Source: Camelus dromedarius (lineage: Eukaryota). Taken from it: a stretch of 64,000 nt of DNA. Location: the NCBI RefSeq assembly GCF_036321535.1, contig NC_087437.1:9798001-9862000 (forward strand), in the 5' to 3' direction. The notes beneath the pieces were generated by a model. It ran no database searches, was not told the origin of the DNA, and worked only from the letters and a program-made list of their open reading frames with translations. Shown here piece by piece: positions 1-13,102 of this stretch (the first letter of the stretch is position 1; each line of letters begins with the position of its first letter). A program made the translations under genes and the position numbers.

Positions 1-611
1 ATTTTCAATACACATACCATTCCCAAGTCATATTAATCTTAGAATTTTCCATATGCACCATTATCCTTCATAGACTGCCATGTCTTCACACTTGTGGTTG
101 CCTCTGTAAGGAATTCCATTTCACCTCTCAATCATACAAACTCTTACAGATTCATTCAACATTAAACCCCTGAAGTCCTTAACCATCCCACATCATGAAC
201 CACCACCATCAACATCATTTTCACTAAGTATTATTTCTATGATGCTCCTATAGTTATTTGGAAGTTTCCTTGTTGTTATTGTTCACAGAATTTAATTTTT
301 AATAATTTTTGTCCCATTACCACAAGTATGGTTTATTTGTATTCCACAAAGACATTACTAGGAAAATGTATTATTTCTCATTTTTTATTAGGAAAAAACT
401 GGTTCTCACAGAGACAGTTAAAATAATCTCTGGAGAACAGAAAAATAAATTTCCTTTCATCTCTACATATGGTAGACTAATTTCTTCCAGAACATTGCAG
501 CAGTAGCATGTAATCAGATCTGAAATATTTATTCACCATGCTTTCTAGCTGGAAGCAACATGCATGTGATTGTGTGTGTGTGTATGTATTATGGTATATT
601 AGAATAATAAA

Positions 612-805
612 CTTTTTTATTTTTTACTTTATTTATAGAAGTAGTCAAATTATTATGATGAACTTTATGTATTCATTGTCCAGCTTCAACAATTACCAAT
701 CCATGGCCAATCATATTGGATTTTCACTCTTATTCAATTCCTTACTCTGGATCTTATTTATTTTGAAGCAAATCCAAATTATCATAGCATTTCATTTATA
801 AATAT
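612..805 (-). mobile_element. Old L1 (L1MC-like) 3' UTR fragment
   Basis: Contains 'ccagcttcaacaattaccaa' and 'tattttgaagcaaatcca...catttcatttataaata', which resemble antisense L1MC 3' ends. Boundaries approximate. Confidence 0.45.
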
Positions 806-1649
806 GGTAATTTGTATGGACATTAAGGTTTGATAAGCATTGCTTTGAGTGTTCTTAAGACTGAAAATTTTCACTAATTTTTCAAATTCACAGAGGCAAT
901 TTTGATAAATGATGGTTTAATTTCATTTTGTTTTATTTTATTGAGATTTCTAATCACTTCAGGGCTTATGAGAAAATAGATTTCTTTGTAGCTGTGTGCT
1001 TTTGATCTTTTTAATAAAAAAGACAACTCATTTGTTCTTTCCAATTGTCAATAGAGACATTCTAATGGTGTGTAGTCTGCATGGCTGACAATAACTAAAT
1101 TACAGACTGGTACAAAAAGCTCGTGTGAAGATTAAAAATTTTTTTAATTTAATTTAAATGTAAATTAAATTCCTCTTTGTATGATTGATTCAATTTAAGC
1201 TTTGTCTTCTTTATTCATCAAAGCCTCAAAGATATCCATGAAAGAAATGTCTCCATGACAGTAACAGACATGAATGCCCTTGACAAATGCACAGAGAAGC
1301 CATAGGTTTTCTAGGATCTTTTTCAGACCTATTTATACCAAAGATTTCATTAACCACTTTCAATTCTGCTGACCATAGAAGCCACATAGTCTTCAGCAGC
1401 CAGTCCTAAATTTAAAAAAGAAAAAAAGTCAGTCTTAGTGGATGAATAGAATTTGTGTCCACTGATTTAGAAAATTATCACAGAAATATAAAAAGTTGTG
1501 AGGTCAAATATATTCAAATTAGGGGCCCTGAAAGGAAAAGATCATTTCTTCATATATCTCCATAAGGACAAGGACAGTAAGAAGTGAAACAATCAACTTC
1601 ACATTGAACTTGCTTTTTGGTATAGTTGGAATCGCACTGGACTTGCAAA

Positions 1650-1800
1650 ACAAGAGACAGGCAGGGCAGTGCATTAGCTGTATGGACTTGGGCAAGTCAC
1701 TTACTGCTCTGAGCTTCAGTAGCTCCATCTATAAAATGGGATTAACAACATGGCTGCTGTAAAAACCAAACAAAAGAATGGATGTAAAATTGCTCTTGCA
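1650..1800 (+). mobile_element. MIR SINE fragment
   Basis: MIR core-like 'gacttgggcaagtcacttactgctctgagcttcagtagctccatctataaaatgggattaacaa'. Confidence 0.65.
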
Positions 1801-2125
1801 AATTATAAAACTCTTAAGTAAAATGTTGCTTTTTACTTATTATTGAGCAACTTGGAGCATTCAGGAATTTTGAGAATGGGATAATTGCTCTGCATTGCTA
1901 CTAAATAAGAACAAGAGTCTTTTTAACATGACAATGAAAATCTTGAGACTGTTAAACCCCTTTTATTGCTGATGGTGCTCATTTAAATATGCTGTGTCAA
2001 TATTATATAACTCAGTTAATACAACACACTTTGTCAGTTTTGTGTCGATTTGTTTTAATCATCTGAGAATTATCCCTGAACTCTTTCCTGTCCAATCATC
2101 TTTTTCCAAACTCAGTTCACCTAGC

Positions 2126-2764
2126 TGAAACCCAGCAGGACCCTGTGGGACCTTCCTGCGGCCAGAACCCCCTACCACTATGTTCCCTGACTCTCATTTG
2201 TAGAAAAGCTTTAGCATCCAAGGCTTTCCCCAATTTCCAGAGAACAAATTTAATTAGAGAAGTGAGAAAATGCAGAAACAAAGGAAAATAGTCAAGCAAG
2301 ACAAAATAATAATGGTTTAGCCATAAAACAAAGTCAAAGACCTTTAGCTTCATCTCAAGGCCCATAGATAATATTCTGAGCCATCTCCTTGGGTTGTTTT
2401 TCAGATAACAAAACCCCCACCAGGTGGAAGAAGTTAACTGCATGCCGACCACAAGCACACAGATCACAGACCAGCTGGAACCAGAAGGCTGATGACAGAT
2501 ACCTGAAACATCACTCCTTCACCTCACCACCAACCAATCAGAGAATTATGCACGAGCTGATCAGGTACCCTGCAACCTTCTCTTTCACTCTTTAGAAACC
2601 TTTCCCTGAAAGCCATCAGGTTGCTGAGGTTTTTGTGCACTAGCTGCCCATTCTCCTCACTAGGCCTTGTAATAAACACTGTGCTTTCCTTCACCACAAC
2701 CTGGTGTCACTAGATTGGCTTTGCTGTATCTCCAGCAAATGGACCCAAGTTCAGTTTGATAACA
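2126..2764 (+). mobile_element. ERV1-class solo LTR (639 bp)
   Basis: TG...AACA termini, AATAAA at 2671-2676 followed by a U5-like tail, and a near 4-bp TSD (tagc/taga). Confidence 0.8.
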
Positions 2765-3084
2765 TAGATATGCCATTATTTCTATTTTTTAGAAAATATT
2801 AAACACTTATTTTCACCAATCTATAATTTTAATACAATATCATTTAAAGTTCTGAATATAAGATTTACAGTAATTATATTTCAGTTCTCTTCAGAAGCAA
2901 ATATTTAAGCTTTAATTATACTTGTTCAGAAGATAAGACAACTAATGAGAAATTTAACATACTGTGTTTTTTTTCCCTTCATGTTTTCTATATCTGGATT
3001 ATTTATTATAGAAACTGTTGGTAATTTTCATAGGTCTACCTATAGCTTCTGGCAAACTGACCTAACATGAGCTACTCCATAAAG

Positions 3085-3310
3085 TGTTTAAGAACGTAGG
3101 CTCTGAAATGAAACAAATCTTTATATATTTTTGCACATACACTTACTTGCTGAATATTATTTAATTTTCCAGTGCCTCAAATATTTTACCTGTAAATTGA
3201 GGATAATAATAGTGGTTGCATCATAGGATTATAAGGAAGTTAAATAGGGATGATTGAAAAGTATGTGGTAGGATTCCTGAGCCTTAGCAAAACATAATAT
3301 ATTTAACATT
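3085..3310 (+). mobile_element. MIR SINE (degraded)
   Basis: 'ttaagaacgtaggctctgaa...cagtgcctcaa...cctgtaaattgaggataataatagt...cataggattataagg'. Confidence 0.55.
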
Positions 3311-3639
3311 AATAAATACTGTTTATAGAAAGCATACTATGTACCAGCCACTGGACTTAGCACTAAATATACTTCATTAATTTTAAACAAGTCAAATGCA
3401 CAAGACAAGGAAACAAAGATGTCCAAGAGTATGTCAGTAGAAAATAAGGTGCATGAAAAATTTGAAAGTTAAATTGAGTGTGTGTAGCTTAATGATGTTG
3501 GAAAAATCATTATTATTTGTAAAGTTGTAAGAGATGCTATATATTTTCATGTAACCAAAAGTATCCTAATCTTTTAACTGATTGATTTTTTTTTTTTTTA
3601 AGCAGAAGCCAACTTCACTAAAATGAAGCCATGGAAAGT

Positions 3640-3745
3640 CAAGTACTTTGCTTGTTTTATTCACTGTCATACACTGCCTATCCCCAAGGACCTGATACTT
3701 GGTTCATAGAATAACTCCACAAATAGTTGTATAAAGAATAAATGC
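3640..3745 (+). mobile_element. L2 LINE 3' end
   Basis: L2-tail-like 'ttattcactg...tatcccca...catagaataactccacaaatagttgtataaagaataaatg'. Confidence 0.45.
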
Positions 3746-4009
3746 ATCTTAAAAATGAATAAAATCCTGCCCATTCCAAGTATATGCAAGGCACTGGCCT
3801 CTTTTGAGGTAATCAAAGATAAACTGGTCATGAATTTGACCCTCAACAGAACAATGAGGAGAAAGGATATTCATAAAGAGATAATAAGAGATAAATATAA
3901 ATAAATTCAATCTAGGTAGATTTCAAAGGAGGAAAATATTATTTCATCCATCAAAGACACATTATCAAACTGAGGGGCTTTTTAAAAAATATTTTTAATC
4001 TTCACTGGA

Positions 4010-4225
4010 GTAGAAGTCACAAACTAGCCACTTACAGGTTTAGCATAACCCACATATACATTTTGCTTGAGTGAGTATTTAAGACATCTAAATTTAAAAG
4101 TCCTTAATTAAGGCATGTATTCTCTATTTTACCTTAAACTCTACCTCTCTCTACTGACATTACCTTCAAGGCACTTCAAATGGTTTTACCACCCTTCCGA
4201 GCCTGAAGGCATGGCAGACAACCTA
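4010..4225. mobile_element. Possible hAT MITE (MER102/MER58-like)
   Basis: 'gtcacaaactagccac...' start and 'cctgaaggcat...gacaacct' end resemble hAT-Charlie MITE termini. Highly diverged. Confidence 0.3.
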
Positions 4226-4929
4226 CAGTGTTGATTAAACAAAGCTCTGCATTGATTTACAAAGGGAACATCAAGTGATAGCGGGATAGTGGAAAAAAAG
4301 GTGAGACACAGTGATGCCCAAGTTGGGAACCCAAAGAAACACTACAGCAAAGACAAGAAGAAGTGGATGACCCTTGTAAGTAAGGCATGGCAAGATCCAA
4401 TCAAAATTGAGCTACTGCTAGTAATGTTATCCATCACAGACAGGTGAAGCTTGGGATGATCTGGTCAGTTGGCTTAAGACCTGCCAAGACACTAGCCCAG
4501 CCTGACTGACTGAGCGAGGAGCCCTGTAGGGCACCACAGACCCACCCGGGAAGCCGCCAGTGCACCTCCGTTCATGGCAGTTTGACTATAAAATTTACCC
4601 ATCACCAAACTAGAATGTACATTCTATCATCAGAATATCTGATCCCTGAAAACACACCAACCTGTTCCTTAGTATATTTTATTCTCCAGAAGGGGAAAGA
4701 AAAAAAAGTCTGGTAGATTTTTAATTAAAATGCATGTATATTTACAATGACAGCTAAAATTATGTTCCCAAAGTTTTGGTCAGACTTTCACATCTGTAAA
4801 TTCCTGACTTCAAACAGTAGTCATTTGCTCCCTTTACTTTCCTTCTTACATTCAAAACTAATTCTGATTGAGTAGCATATGGGTGCAGAAAAAGCTGACA
4901 GGTGTGAACCGGAATTCAGTACTATGGTA

Positions 4930-5453
4930 TGTAGCAGACGTAGACGCTGTTATCCCACTGGGATCCCTCCATCCTCGCCACTTCACCGTGCACTAGCCAG
5001 ATGCCCAAGGGCCAGCTCTTGCATTTCTTTGCCTATATCTCTCCTTCCTGCACCCCAAGCTCACCTTGCACCCATGTGCCATGCCAGAAGTGCCTGAGAA
5101 GTAAATTCCTGTCTTCAGTGGAAGCAGCTTTTAATTAATAGCTGCTGAGAACTGGTATGTAAATACTCAAGCCCCCGCCCCCACTGTGGATGCGGGTGGG
5201 TCAGGACTGTGAGGGACAGTACTGACAAAGGCGAGGTCTGTGTTCTACGCTGGCTCCCACGGTCTCCTCAGAGGCTTTAACAGCAGATGCCCAGCATAGA
5301 ACTGCAGGATAACACACCCCAAAGGCTGCCTTTCCCTCCCCACCCCTTGTTTCCATTTCTCTATCAGTATTTGCTGGATTCAACACCTAAAAAAACTATT
5401 TAACTTGATATCCTTGCCCCAGGTCTAACTCTGGGGGAACCCCATCTAAGACA
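4930..5453 (+). mobile_element. ERVL LTR (LTR16-like)
   Basis: Starts 'tgtagcagac' and ends 'ctctgggggaaccccatctaagaca', the typical LTR16/LTR33-type terminus. Confidence 0.65.
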
Positions 5454-6689
5454 GACTGGTATCAAATGTTCACACTCATCTCAAATGCAGTAAGCACTTC
5501 TTTACAAGACTGACACAAATGTGATCTTGTTAATGTTTCCCAAGTGATCTTTGCCCATAATACTAACACATCCGGTGTGTTTAGTTTAGCTGTAATAACT
5601 TTTGCACATACAGTTCTTTTCGGTAGCTTCTACTGTATCTGAAGGAGCATGGGAAGCCTTCTCTAAATCACTCCATCCACCTTGACCTACCACTGACGGC
5701 CATTGAAATTAAAACCCTGCTGCCTACTCCTATAGCATAGTCATTGTACCTTCACTGCAAGGTCCAACGTGGAAAGAAACTCAAAGTGGAAAAAAAAGCT
5801 CATCCCTCCAAAGGAAATGGAAGTGAAAAAAAAAAAACCAAAGTTAGCGAAGTACTGCTCATTTTATATTGATGGTCCCTTTACTAAGTTGCATCCCATA
5901 GAAAGAAAAAAAAAACCCTCAATTCCTTTGTCAAGAGCGTTTGCTTTTACCACAGCTGGACACAAAAATTATAAGCAAACTCTCAGCAGTGAGCAAGGAG
6001 CTTAGAAACATGGGGCCTCAGCAGGACAGTCCACTGAAATCTTAGAATCATAAACAGACCATGGGAATGAATGTCATTGGAGAAAGCAACGCAGCACCAG
6101 CAGAGAGAGCTCAGCAGAAAGTAACGGAGGGTTCCCTGATCCCTGGAGGATGACTGTGTATCCAGCCTTCAAAAGTTATCTTCCGAAGCTCAGCTGTTTT
6201 GTTCTCCTGTCTGCAGGTGAGAAAACACGTTTCAACTGTGCAAACAGGAGCCTTGGCTACACGTGTAATAATTACTTTGTGTTTGTTCGGGAATTTGTTT
6301 TGCAAGTTACCGAGCAGAATATGAATTTCCTGTGTTTATGATGTGTTTTGCTATTCCTTTCTTTCCCCAGGCAAGCTTTCAACAGTCGCCTCTTTCAAAG
6401 TCTAGGTCATCGATTTATTTATAGCCTCCTCTCCACACACTTGTCAGTCATAATTTTATTTTCATCTCATTTTTTTTTTTACCCTCTTCCTCATCATCTG
6501 TCATTTTATTATATGGTGTGAGTTAGCATCTGTGTGGGCTCTCCTGTCGGGCAGTGCATGGCTGACAACTCCAATGACCTCAATGTTCCTTCCATTCAAT
6601 CTCCCCACATGTTTAATCATGTCTTTGAGCTCATTCTTCCTTGACATATTGCTGCTTGCAAAGACCAAGATGGAGAAGTGCAGGCTAGA

Positions 6690-6847
6690 TCCTTGCTACT
6701 CCGAGTGTGATGCAAGTCCATCAGAATATATCGGTAGCTTCCTAGAGATGCAGACTCTCACGCCCCCGTCCAGGTCTGATGAGTCAGAACCGGCATTTAA
6801 TCAGACGGGTATTCATTATTCACATGTACCTTAAAGCTCCAGAAGCT
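6690..6847. mobile_element. MER5-like hAT-Charlie MITE
   Basis: 'tgctactccgagtgtg...tagagatgcagactctcacgcccc...gagtcagaaccggcatttaa...ttaaagctccagaagc'. Confidence 0.6.
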
Positions 6848-7082
6848 TTAATGTAGGTGATCCAGATGGTAATGGATGGAATTCATAGTTGTTTTAAATA
6901 TGTATCCTAAAGTATTCGTTACTGGATTAGGGTCAGGCGGTAGAGTGGAAGCTGCAAGGACCTCATAGAGACGGAAGGAGAAGCAGTGGGTCACAGGGCA
7001 GTCTTGGAGCTCCAGACTAAAGAGAAGGGCGGGCACCGAGTGCAAGGCAGCACTGAGTTTTCTGAGGAAGTATATGTGGTTC

Positions 7083-7613
7083 TTCTTCCGAGTCCAAACT
7101 CCCGCTTGCCATGTGACAGGTCAATAAATCAGGAGACAAGGTGTTGGGTCAAGGAATAAAGACTTTATTCAGAAACCAGGCAGACTGAGAAGATGGGGAC
7201 TAACATCCTGGAGAACCATCTTACTCAAGTCAGAATTCAGGTTTCTTTTATATTAAAAGGGGAGGGGGTGTGGTTGGTTGTTGCAAACTACTTGGTGTTA
7301 GATTCCTTTGTTCTTGCAGCTGTCCACATAGGTCAGGTCATGATGCTCCTATAAACCTCCAACAAGACAAATGTTACTCTCTGTTCTGCAGCTTTTTATC
7401 TCTATATGAATGGGAAAGGGTTCCACCCTTAAAGCTCAGAGCCTTGAGAATGGGCTCTCCTGTATATTTCAGGCTCTAGACAATATATATATATTTCTTT
7501 TTTTTTTTACAAAAGTTGAAGGACAAGCATGCCTCAGCTCAAGAAACAGAGCACAGGGTTAGAGACAAAGGAACAGATTTAAAATGTTCTCAGATTTGCT
7601 CTTCCCTTTTACA
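7083..7613 (-). mobile_element. ERV1 solo LTR, MER41-like cetartiodactyl family
   Basis: Exact 4-bp TSD gttc (7079-7082 and 7614-7617). The reverse complement aligns end to end with the LTR at 49599-50104. Family name is from memory. Confidence 0.88.
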
Positions 7614-8659
7614 GTTCCAATCGCTTAGTGTAATGGGCTGTCAGAGAATTCTAGTTCAACCCAGGAAGGCATCAATCACCCAAGGACCCATCTCACAGAG
7701 AGGAGACGTTGGTGTCTAACTATGGACCATTACATTCACCCAAGATTCAGCGGATTGGATGCTTTCAGATTCTCCATGCTTTTTCCTTTTCCCTCATGCC
7801 ATTTCCCTTCTTAATCTTCTCATCCATCAACTTCCTGGACTCTTCTTCCCTCTCAATTTAGGTTCCAAAATTAGGTCTTAAATGATGCTTCCTGTAGCTC
7901 ACTGAAATCTTTCACTTTCTTGACCTCCTACGTTACTCCCTGTGCGGTTCCCAAATATAAGATCTTCTGGGAGGATCACCCCTCTCCTTTCCAAATGTTG
8001 CTAGAAAAAGTAAGAAAAGGGCTGAATTTACTAAGAAGTCACTAGCTGACTCTACGTGCCATGTTCATAAAATGAGATTATTGCTTTTCCTCAAATTTCT
8101 AACCCTGACCCTGCATTTCTCACTCTCAGAGAATGGCTGCAGTTTCTTAAAAAAAAAAAAAAAAAAGGTCATTGATGTATGTTTTCTCCACCTTCTACCA
8201 CAATTCCTGACATATTCTTTATATCCTGAAATTTTTACTTTAACTACATGCTTTATTATTTCACCTCATTTTCTAGTCTGGTTAAACAAACACTTTTTTT
8301 TGTCCTGTTTTTTGGTTTTGTTTGCTTGTTTAATTCTAAGGGTAAATTTCCTATTTGCACTCACATTTATTTCATAGCCTTTTCCTCTTATAACCTATGG
8401 TCCCCTGAGAATATTTTAATCAATTAATTAATTTATTTATTTTAACCTTGGTGAATATTTAAATTTTCTTTATCTCCTGGGAATGTTTAAAACAAAATCC
8501 TTCCTTTTCAGTATTACCATTTAGTTTCCGCATTGGATCCTTTATCTGCTAATAAACACCCTCAGATTTCTGCTATCTCAAAAGAAGCAAGACATTTGTT
8601 TAACACTTATCTCTTATGGCTTATATCTCGCCTCCCTAATAAAACTGCTCAAAACCATA

Positions 8660-9035
8660 TTCTACGTCCTCAGCCATAAGAGAAAATAGACTACTGACAC
8701 ACACAGCAACATGAACAAACCTCAAAATCATGCTGAGTGCAAAATGCCAGACACAAAAAATTACCTTCTCCAGTACTGCATGACCACACTTACAGGAAAT
8801 TCTAGAAATGACAAATGTAATAAGTGGGGAAAGAAAGCCAATCAATGGTTGCCTGGGGCAACAAGTTAGGGGGTTGACTTGAGAAGGGTCATGAGAGGAC
8901 TTTTTGGAGTACTGAAAATATTCTATATCTTGATTGTGATAGTGTGTATAAATTCATCAAAACTCATTGAAATGCACATTTAAATTTGTGCATATGACTG
9001 CATGAAATTTATACTTCAAGAAAGTTGATTTTTTA
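8660..9035 (+). mobile_element. Old L1M (L1MB/ME-type) 3' end
   Basis: 'cagcaacatgaacaaacctcaaaatcatgctgagtg...tggttgcctgggg...tattctatatcttgattgtgat...catcaaaactcattgaa...tatacttcaagaaagttgatttttt'. Confidence 0.75.
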
Positions 9036-9089
9036 AACATTGTGTCCATAACCTCAAAACTTGATTATTAACCCCCAGCACATCTGGCT

Positions 9090-9800
9090 TCAGCATAATC
9101 CACTTCACTGGAACTATTCCAGTGAATGTCACAAACAGGGTCCTAGAAAGCCTCTATCTTCTTGAAGTTTTCCCTTGTTTTGAATTCTAGGGCAAAATGG
9201 CTTAGTTACCCCCTTACTTATTTGAACATTTCTTAAACATCCCTTCCCCTAAATCATTCTCCTCTACTCTTATTTGCAGTCATTCAAATTCAAAATTTCA
9301 AAATAATTTTAACTGTACTGATTCATACCAAAGAGCCACCAGGTATGTAAATGCATTACTCATATGGACTTTCAAATGCAGTCTACTGTCCATTCCTATT
9401 ACATCTATTGAACTCACGCCTTTTTTTCTGCTGTCTTATGATTACCACTGGTCTCCGTCCCTCCAGAACTCTCATTTTAAACTGTATCTCCTCAATGCAT
9501 TCTATTTACTGCCATCAGATTTATTGCATAATATGCATTGTGGCAGCTGTTCCACTTAGCAGCCCAATTCAACCACAAAGATCACCCCAATGCCTTGTGA
9601 AGACAGTCTCAAATCTTGAGCCCATGACAGTGTCTCCCCTTGTAGCCTTATTAAATTCTATCCTCAAATCCAAGTCATACATTTCATCCTGTCTGAGTCA
9701 CTGCTCCCCAAAAATGCCATAGATTTTTTTCACTCCTGAACTCCTGTTTTATTCTTCTCTTTGATGGAAAAGTATCTGACCATAATCTCAGCCTACAGAT
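9090..9800 (+). mobile_element. Degraded L2 LINE internal fragments
   Basis: Pyrimidine-rich L2-like motifs such as 'tggcttc...cacttcactggaact', 'ttaccactggtctcc' and 'caccccaatgccttgtgaagacagtctcaaatctt'. Confidence 0.35.
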
Positions 9801-10098
9801 GTCTTGTGATGACTATCAATGCCTTGATGACACTGAAGGTGTCAACCCCTTAAAAACAACCTCAGTAGTGAAAAGTTTCTTTATGTAGATGTCCATTAAA
9901 CAGCTTACAGTAAAACAGATTTCATCAAAGTCAGTTTGTAGTCATGATGCAAAATAATCACTACCTCAAAAACAACTATTATTTCAGTTACATAAAGTGC
10001 CTCCTGGATCCCTCTGCTAAACATTCAGTCATCCAATTGACACATTTTGACACATATTTACTGGTGTAAGTTAAACATCATTAAAAAGGACTGTTAGA

Positions 10099-10612
10099 TA
10101 TATGGATAAAGAAGATGTGGTACATATATACAATGGAATACTACTCAGCCATAAAAATGAATGAAGTAATGCCACTTTCAGCAACGTGGATAGACCTGGA
10201 GATCATCCTTCTAAGTGAAGTAAACCAGAAAGAGAAAGAAAAATACCATATAGTATCGTTTATATGTGGAATCTAAAAAAAAAAAAAAGAGAGAGAGAGA
10301 CACAAATGCACTTATCTACAAAACAGAAACAGACTCACAGACATGAGAACAAACTTATGGTTACCAGGGGAGAAAGGGGATGGGAAGGGATAAATTGGGA
10401 TTTCATGATTTGCAGATACTAGCTACTATATGTAAAATGGATAAACAATAAGGTCCTATTGAATAGCACAGAGAACTCTATTCAATATCTTGTAACCTAT
10501 AATAAAAAAGAATATAAAAAGGAATATATGTATGTATATGTATGACTGAAACATTATGTTGTCCACTAGAAATTGACACAACATTGTAAACTGGCCATAC
10601 TTCAATAAAAAA
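10099..10612 (+). mobile_element. Young lineage-specific L1, 5'-truncated (ORF2 C-terminus plus 3' UTR)
   Basis: Encodes [18 protein letters not shown]. 3' UTR 'acaaaacagaaacagactcacagacat...gaaattgacacaacattgtaaa...tacttcaataaaaaa'. Flanked by the repeat ttaaaaaggact (10081-10092, 10639-10650). Confidence 0.9.
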
Positions 10613-11589
10613 GAATGCAAAAAATTGGGAATGACATTTTAAAAAGGACTTCTTAACACTTCCATCTATAAGTTATCATGGCAGCATGTCCTGAAAGACG
10701 TTTTAGGATACAGTGTTTCACAGCAGCACAGATTACCAAAGAAGTATGCAAAGTGCTAAAGGAAGAAGTTTAAGAACCTTAAAGATAGAATTTAAACTTG
10801 GGCTGGCACTGTGCATTTACTATTTCAATATATTTGAATTTTTTAAGAACAGAGAACAAAGCTTCATACAACTTAAACTGTGTAAAACAAAGAGTCTGAT
10901 GACAACTGGAAAAAATCATTGGGAACATGATCAATAGAGAATGTGTTCTTATATGTAATAATGAAAGTGTGAGCAATGCAAAGAAAAATGGGGAAAAAGA
11001 TAAGTATACAAAAAAGCAAAATAGGATCTACGTTAGCCAAAAAATCTATAAAATGATCTCTTGAGCATCAAAAATATTTACATCCAAATTGTAAACCAGC
11101 TCTATGTATTAAACTGAAAAGGGTTAACCACATGGCCACAGTGGTAAGTTGTAGGAAAGACACTTGCACACCAACAAGAGAAAACATCCTCATTCTGGAG
11201 GACAACCTGACTATAATCTAATAAGATCTTTTACACTTGAAAAATGTTTTTATTTTTGACCAAGTAATTACCACAGATAAGAGAAGTGAGCAAAGGTTTA
11301 CCCACAAGGATTGTAAACTTAGGATTACATATATTAACAAAAATACGAAGTTGCCTTCACGATGATGTAAGTCATAGTTTAGCCATATGAGAGAAGGCAG
11401 ACTCTAAAAATTAAATTTCCAATGATTGTTTAATAACATGGAAAGGATTTCAGGATAAATGTTAAGTTAAATAAAACTATAAACAAAATGTGATGTATAT
11501 AATACAATGCCACTTGTTTAAATATAGCGTATGTATGCATGGAGAAGCTTGGAAGAATATAAAGACGTTAAGAGTGGTGGGTGCTGGAG

Positions 11590-11840
11590 CAAGATATGGT
11601 ATGATGCATAATTACTGGGACTCTGGAATTCAGTTCTCTAGGGTTTGAATTCCCTTTACCAATTCAGTTTAGCCATCTTAACTGATTGGCTTCTTTTTTG
11701 TGCTTCCGTTTCCTAACCTATAAATGAGGTTTATGATAGTAACTTTATGCACATGAGGTTATTAGAAGAATTAAATGAGATAATTCATGGATAAAATGTG
11801 AAACAGTGCCTGGTGGTGCTAAGTGCTCAATAAATATTAG
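11590..11840 (+). mobile_element. MIR SINE, near full length
   Basis: 'ggactctggaatt...tagggtttgaattccc...tgtgcttccgtttcctaacctataaatgagg...ttattagaagaattaaatgagataat...aacagtgcctgg...taagtgctcaataaatattag'. Confidence 0.75.
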
Positions 11841-12138
11841 GTGGTACCATTAAGAATGGTTTTAGAATGATGGCAAATTTTTATATTCTCAATATATTTC
11901 TGTCTTTTCCAGTTTTTTGAAATGATAAATAATTAATACTATCTAGACTTTCACACTACAAATCTATATTTTACTGATGGCATTTAACTTCAAACGATAA
12001 ACCACTTGGACCTCCAAAAGATGGCAACGGTTTATAACTAGTCATTGCTACTGTCTTTAAGCCATTTCAAAGTATATTTGGTGATATCATTGGAATAAAT
12101 TTCTTTTCTTTTTTTTCTAATTCCAAAAAGGAACACAT

Positions 12139-12139
12139 T

Positions 12140-12178
<39 letters not shown>

Positions 12179-12726
12179 TCGCTGCTATTTTATTTTATTT
12201 TATTGTTATTTTTTCTTGAAGTATAGACAGTTTAGACAATGTATCAATTTCTGGTATACAGTATAATGTTTCAGTCATACACATACATACATATATTTGT
12301 TTTCATATGCTTTTTCATTCTAAGTTACCACAGATATTGAACATAGTTTCCTGTGCTGTACAGTAGAAACTTGTTGTTTACCTGATTTATAGATAGTAGT
12401 ATCTGCCAATCTCGAACATCCAGTTTATCCCTGCCCACCCCCTTCCCCCTGGTAACCATATGTTTGTTTACTATGTCTGTCAGTCTGTTTCTGTTTTGTG
12501 GATAAGTTCATTAGTGTCTTCTTTTTTCTTTTTTTAGATTCCATATATAAGTGATAATCATATAGTATTTTTCTTTCTCTTTCTGGCTTACTTCACTTAG
12601 AATGATAATCTCCAGATCCACTCAGGTTGTTGCAAATGGCATTATTTTATTCTTTTTTATGGCTGAGTAGTATTCCATTACATAAATATACCACAACCTC
12701 TTTATCCAGTCATCTGTCAATGGATG
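12139..12726 (-). mobile_element. Young L1 3' end with (TTTA)n-expanded tail
   Basis: Minus-strand ORF gives [33 protein letters not shown]. Same 3' UTR as the 10.1 kb copy. (ATTT)n tail at about 12137-12179. Confidence 0.9.
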
Positions 12727-13057
12727 TAAATTTATTTTCCTGTTGTAATCATCCCTTCTGCTCAAGGCTTCATAGTTTACTATATTCAATTTTACATATA
12801 TTTTACATGCCTTTACTTTTGTCTGCCTTAAAAAAAAAAAGCTACTAGCATTACTTTCCATACACTGAGATGAAAAAATACAATAAGGAAAGCAATGAAT
12901 CATCAACATTTACTTATAATAAAGAAAAAAAAAAGAGGAGAATGTCTCAAAACAAAAGAAAATAGCAAAATTTACAAATCGCTAGATTTTTAAGGATACT
13001 TTAAGTGTTGCTTACTAGTTAAGTTTGTTCCCATCAAAACTGTAGATAGTGTATCAA

Positions 13058-13059
<2 letters not shown>

Positions 13060-13101
<42 letters not shown>
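13060..13101. repeat. (AC)21 microsatellite
   Basis: Perfect AC dinucleotide run. Confidence 0.95.

Positions 13102-13102
<1 letters not shown>

Noticed and set aside
1131..1171. AT-only inverted repeats (aatttaattta-aatg-taaattaaatt)
   Set aside because: Low-complexity A/T arms are expected by chance.
6350..6415. Splice-acceptor-like ctttctttccccag as an exon start
   Set aside because: No convincing donor or recognisable coding frame follows, and such motifs are common.
7270..7479. Similar peptides in ORFs 7270-7479 and 49717-49992 (RSGHD.P.NLQQDKCY) as a small gene family
   Set aside because: Both are antisense translations of the same LTR family.
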